Of a stretch of 64,000 nucleotides of DNA, positions 9,610 to 19,683 are shown one piece after another; the stretch's first letter is position 1; the number at the start of each line of letters is the position of its first letter. Below the pieces are notes generated by a model. It saw nothing but the letters and a program-made list of their open reading frames with translations. It was not told where the DNA came from and ran no database searches. The DNA is from Bacteroidales bacterium (GTDB lineage Bacteria > Bacteroidota > Bacteroidia > Bacteroidales > F082). Made by a program: the position numbers and the translations under genes. The stretch is taken from NCBI GenBank assembly GCA_017394865.1, contig JAFPWT010000015.1:61779-125778 (forward strand), given 5' to 3'.

Positions 9610-10740
9610 ATGGAAGACCTTTTTGAACTACGACATATCCTTCACGCGCATCCTGAACTCTCCGGACAGGAGAAGCTTACCAACCGCATACTGAACGAAT
9701 GGATAAAACAAACCCAGCCTGATTTGCTCATTGAGAAGATCGGCGGTTATGGCCTTGCTGCTGTGTATAGAAGTGCGAAACCTAGAAAACGGATTTTGAT
9801 TCGGGGAGATATTGATGCGTTGCATATTCCTGAGCCGAACGACCTCCCCTACCGTTCACAAAACCAAGGCGTGTCGCACAAATGCGGTCATGACGGCCAT
9901 GCCACCATCCTCTGCGGGTTGGCACAATGGCTCGGCGAGCAACGCCCTGACCAAGGCGAGGTAGTGCTGCTCTTCCAGCCTGCTGAGGAGACCGGACAAG
10001 GCGCCAAAGCCATCATAGAAGATCCCCTTTTTGAGCAGATCAAGCCCGATGTAGCTTACGGGTTGCATAACTTGCCCGGCTTCGAGAAAGGTCAGATCGT
10101 GGTGCGTGAAGGCTGTTTTGCAGCCGCTTCCTTCGGCTTGAAACTTTGCTTCGACGGTCGCACCGCCCATGCTTCACAACCCGAGACGGGGCACAGTCCC
10201 TCGGAATTGCTGGCCGTACTCATCCATGCCTTGGAGAAACGGCGCGAGCAACTGAAAGAAGTGACACCCTTGACGACCTTCGTCATCACCCATGCCTCCT
10301 TGGGCGAGGAGACCTTTGGTGTAGCTCCCGGCCATGCCGAGATCTGGCTCACCTTGCGCAGCTTCTACGACAAATACCTTGACATGATGGCGACGCAAGT
10401 CATCGAGATGTGCCAGTCGCTAGCCAAGGCACGTCTCTTCGACTTCAGCTTCACCGAACACGAATCCTTCGCCGCCACCGACAGCGACCCCAACTGTGTG
10501 AAGACCATCGAACAAGCCGCCCAAAACCTTGAGCTGAGTCTCGGCCATCTGAAAGAGCCTTTCCGTTGGTCGGAGGACTTCGGGAGATTCGGGAGCGTCT
10601 GCCCTATCGGCTTCTTCGGCCTCGGTTCAGGCACAGAACAACCTGCCCTTCACGATCCCATGTTTGACTTCCCTGATGATATTTTGGAAGTCGGGATGGG
10701 GATGTTTTGGGAGATTATCAGGTTGGAGCTGGAAGGATAG
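9610..10740 (+). CDS. M20-family amidohydrolase (M20D / aminoacylase type)
   Basis: HKCGHDGH and FQPAEE metal-ligand motifs; 376 aa. Confidence 0.8.
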   Translation: MEDLFELRHILHAHPELSGQEKLTNRILNEWIKQTQPDLLIEKIGGYGLAAVYRSAKPRKRILIRGDIDALHIPEPNDLPYRSQNQGVSHKCGHDGHATILCGLAQWLGEQRPDQGEVVLLFQPAEETGQGAKAIIEDPLFEQIKPDVAYGLHNLPGFEKGQIVVREGCFAAASFGLKLCFDGRTAHASQPETGHSPSELLAVLIHALEKRREQLKEVTPLTTFVITHASLGEETFGVAPGHAEIWLTLRSFYDKYLDMMATQVIEMCQSLAKARLFDFSFTEHESFAATDSDPNCVKTIEQAAQNLELSLGHLKEPFRWSEDFGRFGSVCPIGFFGLGSGTEQPALHDPMFDFPDDILEVGMGMFWEIIRLELEG

Positions 10741-10763
10741 ATGGAAGTCATATTAGAGCTCTT

Positions 10764-11516
10764 TTAAACCAATCGAATAATTTCACTAATAATTGCTCTC
10801 GAATAGGCATTCGCCACCTCGACGATGAACTTGCCGAAGTCGACACGGGCGTTGTGGTCGGCAGTGTCGCTGATAGTGCGGATGACGGTAAAGGGCGTGT
10901 TAAATTCTAGGCAGACCTGCGCCACTGCAGCACCTTCCATCTCCACACAAAGCACCTCAGGAAGCAACCCTAGGATCTCCTGGCGTTTCTCATCACTGTT
11001 GATGAATTGGTCGCCCGAGGCGATATCGCCGAAATAAAGCTTCGGTGCCAAGTTAAAGTCCTTGATGGCCTCTTCGCCTACCACATGTTCAATCCCTTTT
11101 TCAAGAAGGTTTGAAACAGCCCTTCCTGCCAACTCAGAGAGTTCAAAATCGCTGCCTATATAAACACGGTTGAGCAGTGGCAACTCGAAACGAGGTATGA
11201 TGGGACGGGCATCCAGGTCGTGTTGCACCAACCGACGCGAAACGACGATGTCGCCTACCTTCAGCCCGTCGGCCAAAGCTCCCGCCGTACCAATGAAAAT
11301 CAGGTCTGTTACGCCGAACTCCTGTATTAATAAGGTAGCCGTGATGGTTGCCGCCACCTTGCCCCATTTGGAAAAAGCCACCACGCAGCGCACGTTGCCG
11401 ATTTTGCCTACCACAAACTCACGGTTGGCTATATTTACGATCGTCTTTTCTGTCAGAAGGGCTTTCACCTCATCGATCTCTTGGGACATTGCCCCTAAAA
11501 TTCCAATGTTTCTCAT
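10764..11516 (-). CDS. mtnN: 5'-methylthioadenosine / S-adenosylhomocysteine nucleosidase
   Basis: IGILGAMSQEI and VEMEGAAVAQV motifs. Confidence 0.85.
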   Translation of the reverse strand: MRNIGILGAMSQEIDEVKALLTEKTIVNIANREFVVGKIGNVRCVVAFSKWGKVAATITATLLIQEFGVTDLIFIGTAGALADGLKVGDIVVSRRLVQHDLDARPIIPRFELPLLNRVYIGSDFELSELAGRAVSNLLEKGIEHVVGEEAIKDFNLAPKLYFGDIASGDQFINSDEKRQEILGLLPEVLCVEMEGAAVAQVCLEFNTPFTVIRTISDTADHNARVDFGKFIVEVANAYSRAIISEIIRLV

Positions 11517-11535
11517 AATTTCAAGTTTGATGGAA

Positions 11536-11543
11536 CAAAGATA
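11536..11543 (-). promoter_or_regulatory. -7 promoter box (TATCTTTG on the minus strand)
   Basis: CAAAGATA on the plus strand, 20 nt upstream of the mtnN start. It forms a back-to-back pair with 11552-11559. Confidence 0.45.
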
Positions 11544-11551
11544 AAAAAGTT

Positions 11552-11559
11552 TATCTTTG
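11552..11559 (+). promoter_or_regulatory. -7 promoter box (TATCTTTG)
   Basis: TAnnTTTG match 14 nt upstream of the ATG at 11573. Confidence 0.5.
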
Positions 11560-11572
11560 CAAAAAAATCCAA

Positions 11573-12166
11573 ATGAAGAAGATTTGCGTTTTTTGTGGGA
11601 GTAGCATGGGGTTTAACCCAATTTACAGGGATAAAGCCGTTGAATTGGGACAGGCCTTGGCCAAAGAAGGCTGCGAACTGCTCTACGGTGGCGGCAGCGT
11701 TGGATTGATGAAAGTCATTGCCGATGTGATGCTCGACAACCACTGTAAGGTAACAGGAACCATCACTCAACACCTGATGGACATGCATGTCGGCCATGAC
11801 AAAATCGATGAAATGGTTGTGGTGGAAACCATGGCCGAACGGAAAAAATTGCTGGAAGACCGGGCTGACGGCTTCATCGTGATGCCTGGTGGACTAGGCT
11901 CCATGGACGAGTTCTTCGAGGTGTTTGTGCTAAGCCAGCTCCGAGTGTTCGACAAACCCGTGGCGCTCTACAATGTGAATGGGTTTTACGACGACATCAT
12001 CCGATTCATCGATCATTCCACCAACGAAGGCTTTATCCGCAGAGAGCACGCTGATGGGCTTATCGTCAGTGATGACCCGGAGTATCTTTTGAAAAAAATG
12101 GAAGAATACCAACCTGTCGATGTCAAAAAATGGGTGGTGGAGCTGAAGGAACAAATTAAGAGCTGA
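11573..12166 (+). CDS. LOG family protein (nucleotide 5'-monophosphate phosphoribohydrolase, TIGR00730 type)
   Basis: GGGSVGLM and PGGLGSMDEF (PGGxGTxxE) motifs. Confidence 0.85.
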   Translation: MKKICVFCGSSMGFNPIYRDKAVELGQALAKEGCELLYGGGSVGLMKVIADVMLDNHCKVTGTITQHLMDMHVGHDKIDEMVVVETMAERKKLLEDRADGFIVMPGGLGSMDEFFEVFVLSQLRVFDKPVALYNVNGFYDDIIRFIDHSTNEGFIRREHADGLIVSDDPEYLLKKMEEYQPVDVKKWVVELKEQIKS

Positions 12167-12198
12167 GAATTTAGAATTTTGAATTTAGAGAGTGATAT
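12164..12198 (+). repeat. degenerate heptamer tandem array (TGAGAAT TTAGAAT TTTGAAT TTAGAGA GTGATAT)
   Basis: Read directly from the sequence. It begins at the LOG stop codon and ends at the next gene's ATG (12197). TGA/TAG codons fall in all three frames. Confidence 0.7.
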
Positions 12199-13222
12199 GA
12201 TTATTATTGGGATTACGGGAACGTTGGGCGCAGGCAAAGGCACCATCGTCGATTATTTGATCAAGAGCAAGGGCTTCGTGCACTATTCGGTACGGGCTTT
12301 CATCGCCGAACAGATTGAGAAGCGTGGGCAGGAGGTGAACCGCGACACGTTGACAGCCATGGGCAATGAGCTGCGGGCGGCACATTCGCCAAGTTACATC
12401 ACCGACCAGCTTTATGAACGGGCCAAGGCCGAAGGCAAAAACGCTGTCATCGAAAGCGTTAGAACACCAGGCGAGATCGCCTCACTACGTCAGAAAGGCG
12501 AGTTCTATCTCTTTGCCGTTGACGCCGACCGTAAGATACGTTACGACCGCATCTACCTGCGCGGCTCGGAGACCGACCATGTCGACTTTGAGACTTTTGT
12601 GGCCAACGAGGAACGTGAGATGACGGCTACCGATCCCAATAAACAAAATCTTGGTGAGTGCATCAAGCAGGCTGACTTCGTCTTCATGAACGATGGCACT
12701 ATCGCCGAGCTGCATCAACAGGTGGAGAAAGTGCTCACCCAGCTTCATGTGCGCCCTTCGTGGGATGATTATTTCCTAAACCTCGCTGACACTGTCTCAG
12801 AGCGTGCCACCTGCAACCGTGGCCGTAGCGGCTGCGTCATCGTCAAGGATAAACAGATTTTGGTGACTGGCTATGTGGGTTCGCCAAAGGGACTCCCTCA
12901 CTGTGATGATGTAGGCCATCTGTTCCGTAAAACCATCCACGAGGACGGCTCGGTGACCCAGCATTGTGTGCGCACTGTCCACGCTGAGCAGAATGCCATC
13001 TGCCAGGCCGCTCGTAGAGGCATCGCCCTTGATGGCAGCACGCTCTACTGCCGCATGACACCCTGCCGTACCTGCGCCATGCTCATCATCAACTGCGGTA
13101 TCGTGCGTGTGGTTTGTGAACGCCGCTACCACGATGGTGCCGAGTCAGAAGAGATGTTCCGACAGGTGGGCATTGAACTCGTCTACAAATACGACGAGGT
13201 TCAACAATACGAAAATCAATAA
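12197..13222 (+). CDS. fusion protein: P-loop nucleotide/nucleoside kinase-like domain + dCMP (CMP/dCMP-type) deaminase
   Basis: The N-terminus has a GITGTLGAGKGT P-loop. The C-terminus has the zinc motifs HAEQNAI and PCRTCAMLI. I trimmed the start from TTG 12179 to ATG 12197. Confidence 0.75.
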   Translation: MIIIGITGTLGAGKGTIVDYLIKSKGFVHYSVRAFIAEQIEKRGQEVNRDTLTAMGNELRAAHSPSYITDQLYERAKAEGKNAVIESVRTPGEIASLRQKGEFYLFAVDADRKIRYDRIYLRGSETDHVDFETFVANEEREMTATDPNKQNLGECIKQADFVFMNDGTIAELHQQVEKVLTQLHVRPSWDDYFLNLADTVSERATCNRGRSGCVIVKDKQILVTGYVGSPKGLPHCDDVGHLFRKTIHEDGSVTQHCVRTVHAEQNAICQAARRGIALDGSTLYCRMTPCRTCAMLIINCGIVRVVCERRYHDGAESEEMFRQVGIELVYKYDEVQQYENQ

Positions 13223-13223
13223 C

Positions 13224-14789
13224 TTATACCTTCTTCCCAATAAAACGGACAATGCACCACAGCACTGCTATGGCGATCGGGAACGCCACCCATGAAGGAA
13301 GTCCCAATGCTGTGGGCAACACACCGAGCAGAAGAGCCACTCCACCCACAGTGAGGGCGTAAGGCATCTGGGTGCTGACGTGCTGCAAATGGTCGCATTG
13401 CGACGACAGGGAACTCATGATGGTGGTGTCGGAGATCGGCGAGCAATGGTCGCCCATGACGGCACCCGCCAACACCGAAGCCACCACATTATAAAACACA
13501 GGCAACGACGAAGCTTCGTCCAAACCCTGCTCCTGACACAGCAGCCACGAAGCCGGCAGGATCAGCGGATAGAGGATGGCCATGGTGCCCCATGAGGTAC
13601 CTGTGGAGAAGCCGATCAAGGCCGCCAGTACAAAGGTGATCACCGGCACCAAAGCGGGCGAGAGCGACCACTGCACCAACAGCTGCGACACAAATTCGGC
13701 CGTATGCATGTCCTTGGTCACCAAGGCGATGGCCCAAGCCATGGTGAGGATAACCACAGCGTTGAACATCGTCTTGAAACCTTCCACCGAAGCCTCCATG
13801 ATTTTGCCGAACTTCACCTTACGACGTAACAACGTGACGATGATGGCTACTAGCAGCGAGCACAACGACGACCACAGCAAGGCCGTGTAAGAATTGGCCT
13901 TCCCGATTGTAGCAGAAAGCTTATTGAAGAAGCCCATATTGTCATCGGCCCACACCGCGGTATCGTAGCCTGTGACAATCAATCCGGCAACTGTTCCGAT
14001 GATCAGCACCAACAAGGGAATCAGTGCATCGATGGCGTGACCTTGCTCCTGATCTTGGGTGGCATCCTCGCAGACAACGCCTTGGGCACGTGCTCTGCGT
14101 TCCGCCTTGAGCATCGGGCCGAAGTCGCGACCGCTCAAGATGAGCATCAACACGAAAACCAGCGTCAGAAAGGGGTAGAAGCTATAAGCCAGCGAGTGAA
14201 AGAATACCGAATAGGATGACATCTCCAGCCCCAGGTTGTTGATGCCATCTTGGATATAGCTCAGCTCCGCCCCAATCCAAGTGGTAATGAAAGCCACCGC
14301 CACCACGGGTGCCGAGGTGGAATCGATGATGTACGAAAGTTTCTCGCGTGAGACCTTCAGCTTATCGGCCAGTGGCCGCATGGTGTTGCCTACCACCAGG
14401 GTATTGGCATAGTCATCGAAAAACACGCAGAGGTCCATCGCGAAGGTCACCAGCTGTCCTGAGCGCGGGCCTTTGGCTCTTCGGGAGAGTCTGTTGACGA
14501 TGCCTCGCATCCCACCGTTCACGGTGATCACCTTCACCATGCCGCCGATGAGCAGGGTAAACACGATGATCTTGACATGATCTTGATCGTATAGCGAGCC
14601 TACAATATAAGTATCCACCACTCGCAACAGTCCGCTACCCAGGGCCTCGAAGGGACCGCAGCCCGCGTAATAAGCCATAATGACGGCACCTGTAAGGATG
14701 CCAAAGAACAGGGAAGACACCACTTCCCTAAGGAGCAGCGCCATTAGAATCGCCACCAACGGCGGCAGTATGGACATCCACAGAGGCAT
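13224..14789 (-). CDS. Na+/H+ antiporter, NhaC family
   Basis: 521-aa polytopic membrane protein whose N-terminus (SILPPLVAILMALLLREVVSSLFFGILTG) is typical of NhaC-type carriers as I recall them. Confidence 0.7.
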   Translation of the reverse strand: MPLWMSILPPLVAILMALLLREVVSSLFFGILTGAVIMAYYAGCGPFEALGSGLLRVVDTYIVGSLYDQDHVKIIVFTLLIGGMVKVITVNGGMRGIVNRLSRRAKGPRSGQLVTFAMDLCVFFDDYANTLVVGNTMRPLADKLKVSREKLSYIIDSTSAPVVAVAFITTWIGAELSYIQDGINNLGLEMSSYSVFFHSLAYSFYPFLTLVFVLMLILSGRDFGPMLKAERRARAQGVVCEDATQDQEQGHAIDALIPLLVLIIGTVAGLIVTGYDTAVWADDNMGFFNKLSATIGKANSYTALLWSSLCSLLVAIIVTLLRRKVKFGKIMEASVEGFKTMFNAVVILTMAWAIALVTKDMHTAEFVSQLLVQWSLSPALVPVITFVLAALIGFSTGTSWGTMAILYPLILPASWLLCQEQGLDEASSLPVFYNVVASVLAGAVMGDHCSPISDTTIMSSLSSQCDHLQHVSTQMPYALTVGGVALLLGVLPTALGLPSWVAFPIAIAVLWCIVRFIGKKV

Positions 14790-14859
14790 ATATTGCTGTT
14801 TTTCGACCTCAAAATTACAATTTTTTCATTATTTTCAGCAAAGCAATCGTTTTTGGCCT

Positions 14860-14867
14860 TATCTTTG
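14860..14867 (+). promoter_or_regulatory. -7 promoter box (TATCTTTG)
   Basis: TAnnTTTG match about 50 nt upstream of the ATG at 14918. Confidence 0.4.
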
Positions 14868-14917
14868 CAACACTTAATCTATTTGTATCTTATTATTCAC
14901 TTATTAAATATCTCATT

Positions 14918-15784
14918 ATGAAAAAATTATTCTTTGGATTGGCTTGCGTGATCGGACTGATGTTCTTCGCAAGCTGCACACAGGAAGTCATTGACGACAT
15001 CATGGCCCAGAAACCTACCGTTGAATTCGTTTCAGGTGAAGGCCTCTTCTCGGGCAACACCGGCGTTTACGTCGGCACCGAGCTGAATTTCAAAGTGAGA
15101 GTCGAACCCAATTCAGGCAGCCTGGCCGAATTGACACACTTCGACTTCTCCATCGCCGATCTCGCCGGCAACGTTGTCTTCAACGAGAATCCGGCCATCG
15201 AAAAACCCGCCGAGGAAAACTTTTTCGAGTTTAGCTTCACTCCCGAGTACGCTTCGACCTATGCCGTGACCGCCTCGATTTCCGACAAGGCTGGCAAAGC
15301 CAACGTCGCCACGGTGGTGATCGACTATGTGGAGCCCATCAGTGAAGGCATCGGCACCTATTCAGGTACCATTACCCTCTCCGGCCACATCACGTCCAAC
15401 GAAATCGCCGGTCACGAGACCTATGACATGGACATGGATCCCGAAGAACTCGCCACCACCATCACCATGGGTACCGTGGGCGAAGAAGGCCGTGTGAGAG
15501 CCACGTTCGACATTGACGGCACGCCTGTGAGCCTCTACGGCACCATGGGTGAAGACGGTGTCACCATCACCTTCGACCAGTTCCACTTCAACAAGACCAT
15601 CAGCCTGTTTGTCAATGTCACGCTCGACCTCGCCATGGACCTCGTCGGTACACTCTGCGAAAATGACGTGCTGACGCTGACAGGAACCGCTGTCGGTTCA
15701 GGCAAGACCCAAGTCATCATCGCTTTCCTCGAAGTGAACTTCGACGGTACCATTGAAGGCAGCCTTGAAAAAGTCGCTGAATAA
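14918..15784 (+). CDS. hypothetical lipoprotein
   Basis: Lipobox MKKLFFGLACVIGLMFFASC and a beta-rich sequence. No family recognised. Confidence 0.55.
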   Translation: MKKLFFGLACVIGLMFFASCTQEVIDDIMAQKPTVEFVSGEGLFSGNTGVYVGTELNFKVRVEPNSGSLAELTHFDFSIADLAGNVVFNENPAIEKPAEENFFEFSFTPEYASTYAVTASISDKAGKANVATVVIDYVEPISEGIGTYSGTITLSGHITSNEIAGHETYDMDMDPEELATTITMGTVGEEGRVRATFDIDGTPVSLYGTMGEDGVTITFDQFHFNKTISLFVNVTLDLAMDLVGTLCENDVLTLTGTAVGSGKTQVIIAFLEVNFDGTIEGSLEKVAE

Positions 15785-15803
15785 GACAATCCCCTCGGGG
15801 AAC

Positions 15804-15837
15804 AAAAAAACGGGCCTCAAAAGAGACCCGTTTTTTT
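15804..15837. terminator. bidirectional rho-independent terminator
   Basis: Hairpin CGGGCCTC-AAAA-GAGACCCG (one mismatch), flanked by an A7 run upstream and a T7 run downstream. It lies between the convergent lipoprotein gene and the tRNA. Confidence 0.7.
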
Positions 15838-15840
15838 GAG

Positions 15841-15912
<72 letters not shown>

Positions 15913-15982
15913 TCGTGATTCAGGCTGCAAAAATACACCATTTTTCCATACACCGCAAGCGTTTTAACGATTTTTTTCAAAA

Positions 15983-16864
15983 ATGCCCCATAAATCAGGT
16001 TACGTCAACATCATCGGACGCCCTAACGTAGGCAAGTCCACACTCATGAACCAACTCGTGGGTGAGAAAATCTCCATCATCACCTCCAAGGCCCAGACCA
16101 CACGCCACCGCATCCTGGGAATCGTCAATGGCGATGACTTCCAGATCGTCTTCTCCGACACCCCCGGCATTATCAAAGACCCAGCCTACAAGATGCACGA
16201 GGTGATGAACCAATTCGTCAACGTGGCCCTCATCGACGCCGATTTGATCCTCTTCGTAGTCGACATCACCGACAAGAAAGTGGAGGAAAAGACCGTGGAA
16301 CGGCTCAAGACCACTGACATCCCCGTCTTTGTGCTCATTAATAAAATCGACCTCTCCGACCAAGAAGGACTAGAAAAAGCTGTAGCCTACTGGGAGTCTA
16401 CGTTGCCCAACGCCACCATCTTCCCCATCTCGGCACAGCACAACGCCAACGTGCAACATGTGTTCGAGCAGATCCTCACCAAGCTGCCTGAGTGTCCGCC
16501 CTACTTCCCCAAGGATGAGCTCACCGACCGCTCCATGCGCTTCTTCATCACCGAGATCATCCGCGAGAAGATCCTCCTGAACTACCAACAGGAGATCCCC
16601 TACTCTGTCCAGGTGGAAGTGGAGTCGTACGAGGAGACCGAAAAACATGTCCATATCCGCTCCGTCATCTATGTGGCCCGCGAGTCGCAAAAGGCCATCA
16701 TCATCGGCAAAGGCGGCAGCGCCATCAAGAAACTCGGCATGCAAGCCAGAACCGATATCGAAGAATTTACCGGGAAAAAGATTTTCCTCGAGCTATTTGT
16801 CAAGGTTGACAAAGACTGGAGGGACAACGAAGCCGAACTGAAACGTTTCGGGTATGAAGCTTAA
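15983..16864 (+). CDS. era: GTPase Era
   Basis: [14 protein letters not shown] and NKID motifs plus a C-terminal KH domain. Confidence 0.92.
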   Translation: MPHKSGYVNIIGRPNVGKSTLMNQLVGEKISIITSKAQTTRHRILGIVNGDDFQIVFSDTPGIIKDPAYKMHEVMNQFVNVALIDADLILFVVDITDKKVEEKTVERLKTTDIPVFVLINKIDLSDQEGLEKAVAYWESTLPNATIFPISAQHNANVQHVFEQILTKLPECPPYFPKDELTDRSMRFFITEIIREKILLNYQQEIPYSVQVEVESYEETEKHVHIRSVIYVARESQKAIIIGKGGSAIKKLGMQARTDIEEFTGKKIFLELFVKVDKDWRDNEAELKRFGYEA

Positions 16865-16892
16865 TTCGATTAACACTTAAAATCAACATCAT

Positions 16893-17507
16893 ATGAAAAA
16901 AAATCCAATCATCGCCATTCTGTTTATTTTAGCCTTCGTATGCTCATCATGCAACGGCCAAAACACCGACAAGAAACTGGTTAACAACCTAGTAGGAACA
17001 TGGGAGGGATCAATCTATATCGACGACGAGGAGATCCCAACAGATTATCAGTTTTTTGAGAGCACCAACGGCACCTCGGGTAACTTTATCGAAATCGCCT
17101 ATCTTCACGAGTACGATGGAGATTTTGACATTCGCTATTTCGCCTATGTAAGCGGTGAGTATACCGTGAAAAACGGAAAACTATCTTTGACTTATTTTCC
17201 GGAAACAATTTCCACCGAGCCCTATGACGAGAGTGTTTTGTTGGCTTATGCCGCCGCACTCATGAATTACTACCAAGAAGAAGGCAGGGAACTCCTTTGG
17301 GAAGACGAATCAGAACTTGCCGAATCCATTCTTGAGATCCTTGCGGAAGAATGGGATGGCGTTTGCGTAGAACGCAACAACACGAACGGCGAGTTCAGCA
17401 AATTGACCGTCACGGAGGAGAAGATGAGTTTTGTAGCTGGAAGCAGGACCTTGGAGTTCAAGCGCGCCGATCATGAGTGGTTTACGGCCTATCCTTTTGC
17501 TGAGTAA
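16893..17507 (+). CDS. hypothetical lipoprotein
   Basis: Lipobox ILAFVCSSC; 204 aa; lies between era and der. Confidence 0.5.
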   Translation: MKKNPIIAILFILAFVCSSCNGQNTDKKLVNNLVGTWEGSIYIDDEEIPTDYQFFESTNGTSGNFIEIAYLHEYDGDFDIRYFAYVSGEYTVKNGKLSLTYFPETISTEPYDESVLLAYAAALMNYYQEEGRELLWEDESELAESILEILAEEWDGVCVERNNTNGEFSKLTVTEEKMSFVAGSRTLEFKRADHEWFTAYPFAE

Positions 17508-17522
17508 TCCCAAGAGATTTCT

Positions 17523-17530
17523 TATCTTTG
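17523..17530 (+). promoter_or_regulatory. -7 promoter box (TATCTTTG)
   Basis: TAnnTTTG match 19 nt upstream of the der ATG. Confidence 0.45.
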
Positions 17531-17548
17531 CCGCCAAATTAAAAAACC

Positions 17549-18856
17549 ATGTCAAACATTGTAGCAATCGTAGGCCGCCCCAACGTGGGCAAATCGACTT
17601 TATTTAACCGCATGCTAAAGCAGCGTCAGGCCATCGTGGAAGAGACCAGTGGCGTCACCCGCGACAGGCATTACGGCAAGAGCGACTGGAACGGAAAGGA
17701 ATTCACCGTGATCGACACTGGAGGCTATGTCATCGGTTCGGACGACATCTTCGAGGAGGAGATCCGCAAACAGGTGGACCTCGCCATCGACGAAGCCGAC
17801 GTCATCGTTTTCGTGGTCAATGGCAGAGACGGTTTACACGTGCTCGATGAAGACGTGGCCATCATCCTGCGCCAGCAGAAAAAGCCCGTGCTGTTGGCTG
17901 TCAACAAGATCGACGAGCCCAACAAGGAAAGCTTGACCAGCGAGTTCTACGCCCTGGGATTAGGCGAGCCCTACCCTATCTCGGCCATGACTGGCTCTGG
18001 CACCGGCGACCTGCTTGACAAGGTCTGCGAGCTGCTGCCCAGCGACACTACCGACTTCGACACCTCGCTGCCGCGTTTCACCGTGGTAGGCCGTCCAAAC
18101 GTGGGCAAGTCGTCGTTGATCAATGCCTTCCTCGGCACCGACCGCCACATCGTCACCGACATCGCTGGCACCACCCGCGACACCAACGACACCCGCTACA
18201 ACGCCTTCGGCATGGACTTCATGCTCGTCGATACTGCCGGCCTCCGCAAGAAGAATAAGGTGGAGGAAGACATCGAGTTCTACTCGGTGATGCGCTCCAT
18301 CCGCGCCATCGAAAACTGCGACGTGGCCATCCTCATGATCGACGCCCAAAACGGCTTCGAGGCTCAGGACATGAACATCCTCCGACTCATCGAGAAGAAC
18401 CGCAAGGGACTGGTGGTGGTGGTCAACAAATGGGACCTCATCGAGAAGGACTCCAACACCCATCTCGCCTATGAGCAGGCCATCCGCGCCAAGACCGCGC
18501 CGTTCACCGACTTCCCCATCATCTTCACCTCGGCCATCAACAAACAACGTATCTACAAGGTGCTCGAGACCGCCCACCAGGTGTATGAGAACCGCGAGCG
18601 CCGCATCCCCGTGCGTGAACTCAACGACGTGATGCTCGAGATCATCGGCTCGGTGCCGCCCCCGACTGCCTCACGTGGCCGTTACATCAAGATCAAATAC
18701 ATCACCCAACTGAAGAGCATCTTCCCGCAGTTCATCTTCTTCTGCAACCTCCCCAAAGACGTAAAGGAGTCGTATGAACGTTTCCTTGAGAACAAGATCC
18801 GTGAGAACTGGAACTTCTCCGGGGTGCCGATTCAAATGATTTTCAAAGAAAAGTAA
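17549..18856 (+). CDS. der: ribosome-associated GTPase Der (EngA)
   Basis: Two tandem G domains ([20 protein letters not shown] and [20 protein letters not shown]) plus a KH-like C-terminus. Confidence 0.92.
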   Translation: MSNIVAIVGRPNVGKSTLFNRMLKQRQAIVEETSGVTRDRHYGKSDWNGKEFTVIDTGGYVIGSDDIFEEEIRKQVDLAIDEADVIVFVVNGRDGLHVLDEDVAIILRQQKKPVLLAVNKIDEPNKESLTSEFYALGLGEPYPISAMTGSGTGDLLDKVCELLPSDTTDFDTSLPRFTVVGRPNVGKSSLINAFLGTDRHIVTDIAGTTRDTNDTRYNAFGMDFMLVDTAGLRKKNKVEEDIEFYSVMRSIRAIENCDVAILMIDAQNGFEAQDMNILRLIEKNRKGLVVVVNKWDLIEKDSNTHLAYEQAIRAKTAPFTDFPIIFTSAINKQRIYKVLETAHQVYENRERRIPVRELNDVMLEIIGSVPPPTASRGRYIKIKYITQLKSIFPQFIFFCNLPKDVKESYERFLENKIRENWNFSGVPIQMIFKEK

Positions 18857-18859
18857 GTT

Positions 18860-19285
18860 ATGAAACACTGCCTTTTTTACATCACTGCATTGCTATTCGT
18901 TCTCAGTGGCTGTGGCAACGGCCTGACAGAGAAAGTCATCAGCACCTACGAAAACGGCCAGCCTGCCAAGGTGTATGTTTATGACAGCGACGGACGTTGG
19001 GTGCGTGAGGTGGAATATTATGAGTCAGGCTTGCTTAAGATGGAAGGCCCTATAGAGAACGACCTCCGCAATGGGAAATGGACCGCCTATTTCCCTGACG
19101 GGAAAGTGCAGAGCACAGCTGTCTTCAAAGACGATGTGTGCAGTGGAAAGAACCAGATTTTCTACGAAAACGGTCACCTATGGATGGATGGTTATTACAA
19201 AGACGACCAGAAATGCGGAGAGTGGGTCTTTTACGACGAGCAGGGATATGAGACAGGACGTACGGACTTCGGATCCTGCGACTAA
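18860..19285 (+). CDS. MORN-variant repeat lipoprotein (YwqK-like)
   Basis: Lipobox LFVLSGC and repeated G-x-W/Y-x-x-Y/F-x-x-G units (NGKWTAYFPDGK, CGEWVFYDEQG). Confidence 0.6.
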   Translation: MKHCLFYITALLFVLSGCGNGLTEKVISTYENGQPAKVYVYDSDGRWVREVEYYESGLLKMEGPIENDLRNGKWTAYFPDGKVQSTAVFKDDVCSGKNQIFYENGHLWMDGYYKDDQKCGEWVFYDEQGYETGRTDFGSCD

Positions 19286-19683
19286 AGATCGTCTTTCATC
19301 TTCTCAATCATACGACGTTCCTTCTTGGTAGGACGTCCAGCACCACGGTCACGCCACTCGCTCTTGTAGGCGTGCATGAACTCAATGCGTTCGTATTCTT
19401 CCTTCGGTGTAAGGTCGGTATAAACCTCAGGCACCATCTTGGCAGGGACACGATTTTTAATTAATGATTTCACCTGAACCACCTTGTGAAGCTGTTCGAT
19501 CTGCACTTGGATGATATCACCTTCTTTCACCTCACGTGAGGGTTTCACTGGGGTGTCATCGATTTTCACCTTACCGCCCTTGATGGCGTCGGTGGCGATA
19601 GCTCGGGTCTTAAAGAGCCTCGCAGCCCAAAGCCACTTGTCTATCCTAACTAAAGAGCAATCTTTCTCCTCTGTGTTCTTCAT
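19282..19683 (-). CDS. hslR: S4-domain RNA-binding heat-shock protein Hsp15
   Basis: RIDKWLWAARLFKTRA S4 motif. I chose the ATG at 19683 rather than the track start at 19716. It overlaps the upstream gene's 3' end by about 38 nt. Confidence 0.75.
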   Translation of the reverse strand: MKNTEEKDCSLVRIDKWLWAARLFKTRAIATDAIKGGKVKIDDTPVKPSREVKEGDIIQVQIEQLHKVVQVKSLIKNRVPAKMVPEVYTDLTPKEEYERIEFMHAYKSEWRDRGAGRPTKKERRMIEKMKDDL

